Assembly: GCA_964188305.1 (NCBI GenBank)
Contig: OZ076885.1
Origin: Podarcis bocagei
Lineage: Eukaryota
Reading direction: 5' to 3' (one strand)
Length of the DNA stretch: 64,000 bases
Below are positions 46,857 through 58,800 of the stretch, piece by piece (the stretch's first letter is position 1; each line of letters begins with the position of its first letter). The position numbers and the translations under genes were made by a program. The notes beneath the pieces are model-generated. The model was not told where the DNA came from. It ran no database searches and was given only the letters and a program-made list of their open reading frames with translations.

Positions 46857-49800
46857 CTTTCTTGGTCACTTTTTAAAATTAACCACCCAGAAGGACAAAA
46901 CAAACACAGCGACTAAAAAACCAGAATGTATTCAGAACAATGCTTCCAAGATCCAATGTATTATTTCCTCTGCTTCTCTAGCTAGGAGCCTGTCCGTCCA
47001 CACTCAGACCACCATCCTCCTGTCCCTCCCGCTTTTTGATGAACCTTCATTTTCTGTTTAGACTTTTAAATTGGCTTCTCTTCCAAATTGCCCTGATGCC
47101 ATTCTAAGAGCACCAGCTCTTCTTTAAGACAAGAAACAGACTCCTGTTCGTTCACCTGCTAGAATGACTGACTGCCTTTGTAATCTTCCTGTACCTGGCT
47201 CCACTAGCCCCAGATAAAAACACAGTCTCCTTTAAACAGCTGGTTGGTCTTAATTCATGAATGAAATGTCGGCTATCCAGTGCTGGATCCTTACTGACCC
47301 AAAATCTCTTGAGATAAGTGTCTTTTATCTGCAGGCTTCCTGTGATAATAATGGGGGGGGGGGGTTGCAGCAAAAACAACAAAGGGTATTGTAGCACCTT
47401 AAATACTACATTTGCTATCCTTTAAGGTACTACAAAACTGCTCATATAATAAGACTTTACCCCCTCTCCACACACACACACCACTTTCTAAACATGTTCT
47501 TGGTTCCTCTTCCGATCCTCTAGAGCAGATTTAGGGGGCACAGCAGGAAGAGAGGAGGGGGAAGTCCTGCTGCACGAGTGGACCTCATTCTGCACATGCA
47601 ACAGCTTAGCTGGATCCTGCCCTTGTTGTTGTTTTCGGAGCAGGGACAGCAAACCTTTGTCCCTCCACATGTGGTTGGACTCCTATCAGGCCCAGACAGC
47701 ATAGCCAGCGGTCAAGGATGATGGGAACGGGAGTCCAGCAGCATATGGAGGGTCACAATCTCCCCACCCCCTGCTTTGAGGGAATAGGCCGAGCTGAGAA
47801 GCTTCACCCCTGTTAACTTCCCTCACGTGCCTTTTCTCTTGGCAGTATCCGCAGTGTTATGCAGAAATACTTGGAAGACCGGGGTGAGGTGACCTTTGAC
47901 AAGATATTTTCTCAGAAGATTGGTGAGTAGCAGAGCCTCTGCAGGGGTCATGAGTTCAGGCAAGACCAGCTTGCCTGTGCTCCGGTTAGCCAGGAGTCAA
48001 CGCCAGTGAGAAGAAATAGGGGGGCAGAAGGAGGAACTCTTTTTTAAAAAGGCTGTGGTGGGATTGGATATCTGCGGAGTTGTGATGGAAGCTGCTTGCT
48101 GCATACTCAGTCTCGTCCTCCCCCTTAGGAATCCAGCTTCTGGCCTGAAAAGTGCTGCTGTGTTTTGGCTGCAGGGGCCGGTGCTGCAGGTGCAACGTCT
48201 TTTGTCACTTGCTCCTTCGCTGGAGTTGGGGAACGCTTGGCCCCTGAATTTGTCCTGACCGTCCAGCCCTTGGAAAGGCCAGTCGCCCACCTTCTTCATT
48301 CAGATTAGGAGTTAACAAGTCTTCTCCTTCTCTAGGGCGGCCCAATGGAAAGAAAGCCAGTGACCCTGTATCTATTAATGAGGATTTTTTTTGGAAAGCG
48401 CATAGCTCTGCAAGGGCAGCGGAAGCTGTGCCAGCTCAAATGATCTTGTCCAAATTATCCAAAGATAATAAGTCCCTGTCCTGCCTTGGGTCTGGTTAAC
48501 TCTGCATCCCAGGCTGGTGCTGTAGAGCAGGGGTGGGCAGACTTTGGCCAATCCACTTTCGCCTTTTACCAGAACTTCCAAGATTGACCAACCCAGGCCA
48601 GGTGCAAGAGACCAGAGTTAGAATTAATGAACAAAGGGTTCCACTGAGCACATTGGGAGCCCAGGAATTTGTTTTCAGCACCATTTTGGGCAAATGTCCA
48701 GTCTCAGTTAGCTTTCTACATTTCAGCAGCCTAATTTTGATTTTGGGGGGTGGGCGGGTCATTTTGTTCTTGCTAGTTGCTCAAGAATTGGGAGTCAGAA
48801 CCCCTGAGGATCTACTGCAGGTCACCCAGAGATCTCCCAGTAGATTGTAATCTACTGTCTCTTCCCCCCTCCCTCGCCTTGTTCTCAAGTCTGAGCTGAG
48901 ATCCGTGAGCAGCTGAGCTGAGATCTGTACAAATGAATTGGGGAAGGGGGTATTGCTGAGGTCGATGAGGAAATTCTGCTTCCTCTTGTGCGGCCTGCGA
49001 CGGTTCCCCGTTCCAGCTTCCATTAGTTGTTAGCAGGACAATTGCTTCACTTGAGGGATATTGGAAGAGAAGAGGGTTCAAAGCTTCTGGACTGGCTCAC
49101 ATGTGAGAAGGTTCTGCCTCCAGGAAGGGGGTGGAGCTGCAGACCTTGTGATTGAATGTGGCCCTGTAGGCCCATCTTTCTGGCCCTCAGTCTTCTTCCT
49201 AGGCCACAGTATATCGCTAGGCCACCCCACACAGGCCCTGCTGCCCCCACCCTTGACAATGCCTCTCTTGAGTGTCTGAATGAAGAAGTGTAATTACTCC
49301 AGCAGAGAATCTGGACCTGGTGGAATTCCCCTTCCATGCAGCTCTTCAAGAAGGCTTTTAGAAAGTAAGAGTGTCAGCTTTTTCTGGCAAGGCTCCTGCA
49401 CTGTTAGCAGCTGTGTGAGAAGTACAAAATGCAGTTCATGTAGCTTTTTCTCCCTCATAGATTGAAATGTACAGGCTGGTGGGGAGAGGGGGCAACAAGA
49501 CACTTTCGCTGCTGAATTTCTGCCTGTCATCTTGCTGAAGGCACAGAAGCCTGCCAGGAAGAAGGAAAATAAAATTCCACACCCTGCCACTTACTCCTTA
49601 AAAAACCCCAAAACAAAACAGAATATGGTTCCCAATTAGCTAATTAGCTGTTTTTCAAAAGCCAAGCCACGGACCCCTTACTTTTGACAATTTTGATGAC
49701 TCCATGGTAGTTACCTCTGCAAAGCAATTTTTTGAACAAAATGTGGTGTAGCCCCTCATAAGCAAAGGACTTTAGGTATAATAAAAAAAAAACAGACTAT

Positions 49801-52800
49801 AAAATTTGTGATACTACCATGCAAAAATGACCAAAAAAAATAGTTGAGGTGGGGAGGCAAGGGATGGGGCTGCGGACCCCCTGGGGATGCCCGGACCTCT
49901 AACTGGGAACCACTGCTCTAGAGGCACTGATGAGGTACATCTGGATAAATTAGGAGGAGAACACAGGTTAGGAAGGGCTGTGTGACTGCTGGCTTAGGAC
50001 AGGCTGGGTGATGCTGGGCTGTTGTTGTCCATACTGAGCCCCGGAGGCATCTGCTTGCAAGGCTGTTTCTCCTTTTCAGTTACTACACCCCGCCCCAACA
50101 GGAAACACTCTTGCTTCCTCCCACACCCACAGCCACTTGTGGTTTCCTCATAATATCTCCCGCTTTCATCCCCTCTCTGCTCCCACCCCTCCTGGCTCTC
50201 CCTCCGCTCCTGGCTCCCCTGCTGCCTTCCCCACAGCCTCTTGCCTCTGCCTCTCACCTGGCGATGGCGCACAAGTAGGTTGGGGAAGCAGGTTTAGCAC
50301 CAAGGAGCCGTTTAGCCACAAGCTGACGTGGATCTTGATCCGTGTGCCCCTCCACTCTATGTGTGTGGGGCGGGGAGCAGAGTTGAGGCGGAAACTGGTG
50401 CACAGTATGCTTGAGAAATCTTCTCCAGGTGTGGGGATCGCCACCCTCCAACTGCCCCTTTTCAGTTAGCTGAGGGAACCTGTGTCTCTGCAGGTTTTGT
50501 TGCTCTCCCAGCTCCCATCAGCCCCCCAGCCAGGGTGGCAAGTGGTAAGGGATCATGGAGTTTGTAGTCAAGAATGTCCAGAGGCAGACAGGTTATCCAC
50601 CCCCTGCTATAGCTGGTACAGATGAGACTCATGCCTGCTTTTAATATATATTGAAGGTTACTGAAGGGGCCGCTTCACCCTGTATAAAATTTGCAAGGAA
50701 TTTGCACACAGGCACAGTTCCGTGTAGCTTCTGTTATGCATCCAGAGGGAAGCTCTTCTCGGTTGCTTATTATGAGTGACATGTAGGTCTCCTTCATGTT
50801 CCTAGGTGGAAGTGCCTTTGGTTTGGGGACTTTAACATACAACTCAGACATGAGTTATGACTAGTTTTCCCAGGGGGACCACGTGACTTAAGGCAAGCAT
50901 GCGCAAAACAGTTATTTTTCTTCTTCTTCTTTTAAAAAAGTGACCCTGCTCCTGTGCATTTAACAGCAGCCTGACATGCAGAAATTAAGAATGTGAACCC
51001 TTTTGAAGTTTGTGGGGCTTACTTCTGAGTAGGCATGCATGGGATTGCACTGGGAATGGTGGGAGAAGCTTCTCCTGTATAAACCTACTGGGCATATTGC
51101 AACTTCCAGGGATATTGAACGTAGCTTATGAAACTGAAATGGTTATGCTTGCTTTTTTTTTTTTTTTTGCAAGATGAAAAGATTGAGATGTGCCTTCTTA
51201 GAAATATCAGAATCCCAGCTTGTTTTCTAGAAGTTTTCTGTAAAAAATAAATTGGATGACTATACCTGCTAGTTTTGTGTAAGGAGAGACTCTTTGTCTC
51301 TGACAGTGGTGTAATGGGCAGAAATCACCAGGTGAAGATTTGTTTGGTATGAAGATGCATGATGTTAAAAGCTTCAAACTTGTTGATTTCTTTCTCTTAT
51401 GTTTGCTGTTAAAATCATAAAGCCCTTGTCCATAAAAAACAGGGTTTGGTATTAATGGGCACTGGTATAGATGACTTTAAAAGCCAACTTAGATAAATTT
51501 TCATAGATCTTTGAAAGAAGATACAGTGGTGCCTCGCAAGACGAAAAGAATCCGTTCTGTGATTCTCTTCGTCTAGCGGTTTTTTCGTCTTGCGAAGCAA
51601 GCCCATTGACGGATTAGCGCTATTAGCGGCTTTTAGAGGCTTTTAGAGGCTTTTAGCGGCTTATCTGCTGATCGGATCAGATGATAAGCGGCTTAGCGCT
51701 ATTAGCGGCTTTTAGCTGCTTTTTGCGGCTTATCTGCTGATTGGATCAGATGATAAGCGGCTTAGCGGCTTAGAAAAAGGGGGGGAGGGGAAAAAACCCG
51801 CAGGAACTTGCAAGACATTTTCGTCTTGCGAAGCAAGCCCATAGGAGATTCGTTTTGCGAAGCACCTCCAAAACGGAAAACTCTTTCGTCTAGCGAGTTT
51901 TCCGTCTTGCGAGGCATTCGTCTTGCGGGGCACCACTGTAGAAGAATGATAGAAGAATGACCATGATAGAAGAATGAAACCTCTATATTTGGAGTCAGTG
52001 TACTAAGTTTGGGGAATGTTTTTGGACTACAGCTCCCATCATTCCCGATTGTTGGCCATGGTGGCTTAGTCTGATGGAAATTATGTCCCACAATACACAG
52101 AGGGCAAGAGGTTCCCTACCCTAGCAATATACCTGTGTACATATACAATGAATTTCTCTTCCCACCATTGCTGATTAGTCAGGGTTGGAATGCAGGGCCC
52201 TGGCTTTCTAAGGGTGCTAATTCAGGTGGGACCAACTGGCTGGCTTTGAAAAAGGGAAGCAGGGGCACACCTGGTCGTTGCAGCTGACAGTTGTGTGTTT
52301 TTCTTAGGTTTCCTGCTGTTCCGAGACTTCTGCTTAAACCAGGTGGAGGAAGCCAAACCACTGGTGGAATTCTATGAAGAGGTGAGGCCCTGATTGTGTG
52401 TTGAGGGTGGTGGGAGAAAATGCTCTATTTCCTTCCATGCCGTCAAACCACAGTTTCCTTCCTTGGCCTGGCACACAGACTCCCCTCTGACATTGGTTCC
52501 CAAACTTGTCTTGAGCTGAGGAGTTGACTTTTCAAAGACCTGTTCAGAGGCCCCTTCAGGCCTTTTGACCCTCCTCTCAAAAAGCATATCTGAATTCTTG
52601 CTCACGGCAGCATGACTGGAAGCGGTCAGGGGGAAAGGAGCCGGGGGGGGGGGTGACAGAAGGCAAGGCTACTGCATCTCCTGTTTCAGGTTGGAAAACA
52701 AATACATGGAACCCCTGCGTTGCCACTTCGGGGCAGAGTGTGGTAGTTTCATTTTGCCAGGGGTGGGATGGGGTGCGGTGGGTATCTGGGGAACTTAGAA

Positions 52801-55800
52801 GCTTAAAAATGGGCAAAATATTTTATTAGAGAAGGCAAGACCCAGAAAGCTTTGCTGTTCTTTATGCTTTCTTATCGTATTATCCCTTTTATGTGTATGG
52901 TTTATGTCGTTTGCCCTCTCATAATTTAAAATAAAACTAGATTTAAAGGAGAACAATAATAATGAGGAGGAAAAGAAAAATGCTTGCTGTGAGATTTCAG
53001 CACACTGCTCTCCCTGTATCTCAGAGGTCGCCCACAGGGTGCCCTCCAGATTTAGTTGGGCTCCATCTCCTATCCGCCTCAGCCAGCATGGCCAATGGGC
53101 AGAGATAACGGGAGTTGTAGTCCAGCAGCTTCGGGGGGGGGGCTACAGGTTCCCCAGCTCAGGTGTGGGCTCAGCTTTTGTCTCTTTGACCTTGCATATG
53201 CATTCTATGGCACATTTTGTCAGCTGCCACCCAGCCCCTGTGGAAAATAATTAAGGTGGCAACAAGAGACTGCAAGCGCTCTCTCCAAGCACAGCCATTA
53301 TTTGAGTTCTTTGGGTGCAAAACATGGTCCACGTCGACCATGTGTCTGTGTATGCCTTCTGAAGGGCCTTACAGAGTCTGTAGTCGGTGGGTAGGTTGCT
53401 GAGCCTTGTTACCTCTCCCCTTGCCCCATTCTTCATAGATCAAAAAGTATGAGAAGATGGACTCCGAAGAGGATCGAGCTATTAAGAGCCGCCAGATCTT
53501 TGACACATACATCATGAAGGAACTGCTGTCCTGTTCTCACGTGAGTGGCCCGAATGCTTGCTGTCACATGAGAGAGTCTGAAAAAACCCCTTGGCAAGAA
53601 GCATCATGTTTGCTTTGCAATCCCATTGATCAAGATTCTTTAAAAGATAATACTCCTCACAATGGGAGGAGCCAGATTCCCAGCATTGTCCATTGTCTCA
53701 CAGGCTGTGTACTCTCCCTGGCTCAATAATTGTCACATACAACTCCCTTAGAACTACCCACCCCAGCTCTGAATCTCCTTTTCACGACTTCACTTTCCTC
53801 TACCATGCATGGGAAATGGCTCTTTCCTGTTCTGGGATGACCTTCCCATGAATGAATTGCAGGCAGCCGCTTAAGGCACCACCTTGTGAAATGCACCAGC
53901 GCCTTTGCTTCTCCCATTACAGTGGCAGCAAACAAACCATGGATTCTTCCACCATCAACCGTGGTTTCCCATTTTATCGGAACCAGGAGACCATAGTTAA
54001 CAGCTTCAGAACAAGCTAGTATATCAAGCCAACTTCAAAACATGGTTTTATATGGGGGGAAGGAGATCAAACTTCAGGCCAAGGGCCACATTCCCTTGTG
54101 GGTAGCCTTCCAAGGGCCATATGCCAGTTGGTGGGCAGGGCCAGAGGTAAAATGTGGGCAGACTAGATGGCCCTTGGGGGTCTCTTCCAACTCAATAATT
54201 CTATTATTCTAGGTTGCTGGGGAACAATGGGTTTAGTGGGAGGTAGGGGCAGTGCGTGTGAGCCTTTCAGTATAGCAGGAGGCAGGCCTTCAGGAAGTCC
54301 CAGGGGGACATGATGAGAGATGAAACCAAGAAGCCACAGAGTCACACTTATTGGTGTAAAGTGCTGGGCCAACTATTGACAGTTTTTGAGGTAACCTGAC
54401 ACTTTTCAAGTTGTGCGAAGAGCAGGCAAACACTGATGCCCCCAGTGCCACATGTCAAACTGCGAAGAGGAGTGATTCAAAATGAGAACGAAAATGTCCT
54501 TCATTAAGTGATGCTCGGAAACCAAGAAAGTTAACAAAACGTGTAAATGGAACAATTTTATTCTGAATGGCCGACAGTCATAATTGTACTGTGTCAGGAG
54601 TTCCCACAGACGGCTTCAAAATCGCTGAGAGTCCTGGCACAACGCTTTTTTTTGTCAATTGTAGCAACTGTCATGCTAGATGCTGTATGATTTTTTAATT
54701 GCACTTTTATTGCTGCTTTTATTTCTTGCTTTGTATTTTGCTCTAGCATTCCATTAACATGGTCAGATAAAGACATGAAAGAATGGCAACAGGTTATTAA
54801 TTAATTTATCTGACACAGTAAAAAAATCCACAGCTGAGTGCTGTGGCAGCGTACAGACAGGGGTTCCGGCTGCCCTGTTTCAGTTGCCTCCTCCCCCTCC
54901 GACGTCAGGATTTTCCTGCTCACCTTCATTCCCATGTTTTGACTGTCTCTTTCTCTTTTTTTGCTGCTTCCTCTTCCTCTCACTCTTGTCTTTCATGCTG
55001 CTAATCCTCTCTACTCCTTTCAAGTGCCTTCTCCTCCCATCACTTAAGCTCCTTCCCACTCAACTTTTGGTTGGACCACCAGTTCCTCAGAAGGATGGAG
55101 CAGCTGCTGAGCCCGCCTTTCACAGCTGCCACACCCGCCATTCTTTGGACTATCTGTTCAAAGCTTGCTGACCATGGTGGTCTACAGACCGCAGTTTGGG
55201 AACCTTTGTCTGTGTGTTTACTGGTAGTTTGAATTGCTTCTTGTTGTTAAAACAGGGGAATTTTTTTTTAAAAAAAACCTGATAGGTGAAAAGTGTTTGC
55301 CAAGCCCAAGAGCAACAGGCTTGTGCATCGGACAAAGGAGATAATTTATTCTGTTTTCCTGACATTTCCATAATTGTTTTATTTCTGCATTGTATTTCTG
55401 CCTTCAAGTGACGTAAACGAGCAAGTAACATGGAAATGAGTGCCGGACTTGTGCTATATTCCGCTATATTTCTAGAAGCAGCTAGCTAGGGAAATGCTGG
55501 GAAAGTGGAATACAGTGATATCTTGGTTTACGAACTTAATCCGTTCCGGAAGTCGAAAGCATTCTTAAACCAAGGCATGCTTTCCCATAGCAGCAGGGGA
55601 CTCAATTTACAAACGGAACACACTTAGCAGGAAGCGAAACATGTTCTTATTCCAAGGCAAAGTTCACAAACCAAAACACCTACTTCCAGGTTTGCAGCGG
55701 TCTTAACCCAAGTCGTTCATAAACTAAGCTGGTCTTAAATCAAGGTACCACTGTAAACTGCTGTGTGAATGCAGCCAGTGCCTCTCTTTAACATGTCCAA

Positions 55801-58800
55801 GATTTGCTAGCCCTATTCCTGACCCAGCTTGTAAGCCTTCCCCAAGCTTTGTGCCCCAGTCCTGTTGATTTCCTTGTCACTGGGCTTCTTCAGTGGTCTC
55901 AGCATTAGAGCTGGAAGTCAGCCCAAGCTTTGTGCCCCGGGCAGGCACTATATCTTGATGGAATGTCTCTTTGGACAGCGATATATCCAGACTCATTGCC
56001 TTTTTCTTGTGTCCTCTCACAGCCCTTCTCCAAGACTGCCACAGAATATGTGCAGAGCCGCCTCAGCAAGAAGCAAGTGCCGCCTGACCTGTTCCAGGTA
56101 AATCCCTCCCCCTTGGGCTCATCCAATCTCGAATCTCATTTGCCCCAAGACTGGATGCACTTGCATTGGTAGACAGGGGCTGATGGAGCATGAACTCTGG
56201 CCCATTGCAACCAATTTCTTCTTAGCCTGTACAAGTGTCCCCACAGCAGGGGGAGAACCTATTTTCCTGTAACATTGCCAAACCCAAAGAAATGCAGACT
56301 CCATTTCCTTACAGCACTTGCTGTTGAGAATCTTATGGGGATTTCCACATCACTGAGTCCCGCAGGGGCCATGCGGATGAGAACGGGGACCAGTGGGTGG
56401 AAAGCTTTAATGGGTAGGTTTTGTTAGGCAGTATCCCAACAGGTTTTTGGCATTCATTCCTCTCTGCCCACTCTTCTGCCAGCCATACATTGAGGAGATC
56501 TGCGAGTGTCTGCGTGGGACTATCTTCCAGAGGTTCATTGAGAGGTGAGTGCTGAGGACTACAGGCTGTCCACAAGCAGAACCTGCAGCACCATGTTGCA
56601 GCATGGTATGCTCCTGTTTAAGGGGCCAGCCACACCTTTTCCAATACACTCCATTCCATTCCCCTTCCCCCTTGTGCATGGCGAAGCTTGAAAGAAGACG
56701 GGACAGTGCCTTTGAAGTTTGCAGATTTTCTTGGAATTAAGCCTCTTTGAGCACCATGGAACTTCCTTCTGAGCAAAAATGCCTAGAATCAAGCGAAGCA
56801 GGAGCGAGTTCTGTAGATGGAAAGAAGGCTCACTTCTGAGTTAAGCCTGCGTAGGGTTGTCTTGAAGGCAGGATGGAAGTTATATGTATGTGAATGTTCC
56901 CTGTATTTTCCCTTTCCCCTCCCTACACCCAGTGCTTCCTTCCCATAATACTGGGGTATAGGAGTCTCTGTTAAGGGGGCGGGGGGTGTTATTAGACTTG
57001 GAAAAGTTCTGGCACAGGGATTTGAGGAGGGGTCCTTTGAAAGTGGTGATACCCAGGGTTTGTGTTCCAGGGCCTGTGTGTTCTTTCTCTCATTTCTTCT
57101 CCCGTCTGTTCTGTTTTAGTGACAAGTTCACACGCTTCTCCCAGTGGAAGAATGTGGAGCTCAACATCCATGTGAGTGCCTGAGGAGGGAGGGCATTCCT
57201 GAGAGCTGCGGCGATAAAAAAAGAGCTGTCAAAAGACACTAAGCATGAACCTGCCTGCAGCCACATTGTTGCAGAATGGCAAAGTGTATAGGATTTGCAA
57301 AGTTGCTGGTCGTGTAGTTGGTGGGAGGTTGGTGGTGTGTGGGGGACTAATCCTTGCCTCAGGAAATTCACCGATTTAGTAGCTTCAGGGAAAACCAGGA
57401 TTACGATCGTCTTCACTGGCTAAATGAGATGGGAGAATTTGAGGGTTTTTTGTCCATCATGAGAGCTTGAGAAGCAAGCCCAGTTTTGGCTCCCCAATAA
57501 TCCGAGAGCAACTACCCCTAACATGGGATCCTCTGTACAATTCCCATCAGCCTCAGCCGGCACAGCCCCATCTGGAGAACCTCAGGCTGGGGAAAGCTTT
57601 CCTAGTGCTACCCACATGTGACACAAAATAACCTTGGATCATAATTTGAAAGCAGGATATGAGGAAAGGTCACTGTGGGTGAGAGGAGTGCCTGTGGAAG
57701 GCTATTCCTGTCTATGATGGGTAGACCCAGACTCCTGAAAGGGTAAAGGTGTTGCCAGCAACATGTTAACACTCTTGGTCTTGCTCTCCTCCCCCCCCCA
57801 TCATGTTTGTTCATGCTCTCTGCCTTGTGGGACCCAGCTGACCATGAATGACTTCAGCGTCCACCGGATCATCGGGCGTGGCGGCTTTGGCGAGGTCTAC
57901 GGCTGCCGGAAAGCAGACACGGGCAAAATGTAACGTTTCAAGTTTGGTTTGTCAAATTGGTATTCCAACAATTATCTGGGAGCCCAAGGTTGGTTAAGGA
58001 GACAGAGGGGGTTGCCATGTGGCCTTTGGCCATTGTCTTTTAGCCTAGCTTTGCTCCACATCATTGCTATGAAGCTATATGAAGTATTTACACATGGAAA
58101 TGAAAAATGATATTATCCATCATTCTCTTTTGGTTTGTAATGGCCATGTTGGTCCTGGAGAACCAGGATGGTACCCTCTGATATCTCAGCTCCCAGCCAG
58201 CCCTGCTGCTCCCTGTAACCAGCATAAGTAGGCTTCTACTCACTGTCTGAGCCTCAAATGCAAACATAGCTTCCCAAGGGCCTTTCCCCAACTTGACTTT
58301 ATTTTCTGGGGTACCAGATTGGTGCCTGCGCTAAACTCAGATTCTTCCAATGCACGTATGAAATGTTAGGAAACACAGTTTCTGCCTTCGTAGAGTCAGT
58401 GTCTCAGATTTTATTCTTTATTTACTGAGGTTTTGAGGTAGCTAACAGCAAAATGGAGCAAAGCCATTGAGTGTCATCTTAAAACAATATAATGAAAACA
58501 GCAGCAGCATTCATAAAGCAAAACTAGCACCCATTCAAACAAGAGGGGAAGCAGATATCATTAAAAAGTGGGTCAGATACAATAAAGACGGGTTTAATCC
58601 AGCTGTTTATTGCTTAGGGGGTGGCAGGTTCAGAGAATCATAGGGCTAGATCCAGAGTAAGTCAATTACATTGAAGCCCCATTGACATAAATGTGAAAAA
58701 ATTAGTCATAACTTAGGGCTCATCCAGACTTTGCTTGTCCCGCTGCTTTCACCCAGGAAAACCTGATCTTATTTCTGAATTGGAGCAAACGCCAAAAAAA

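Noticed and set aside
54310-54400. ATGATGA...CTGA as a possible intronic C/D snoRNA
   Set aside because: No terminal stem and no recognisable rRNA/snRNA antisense element
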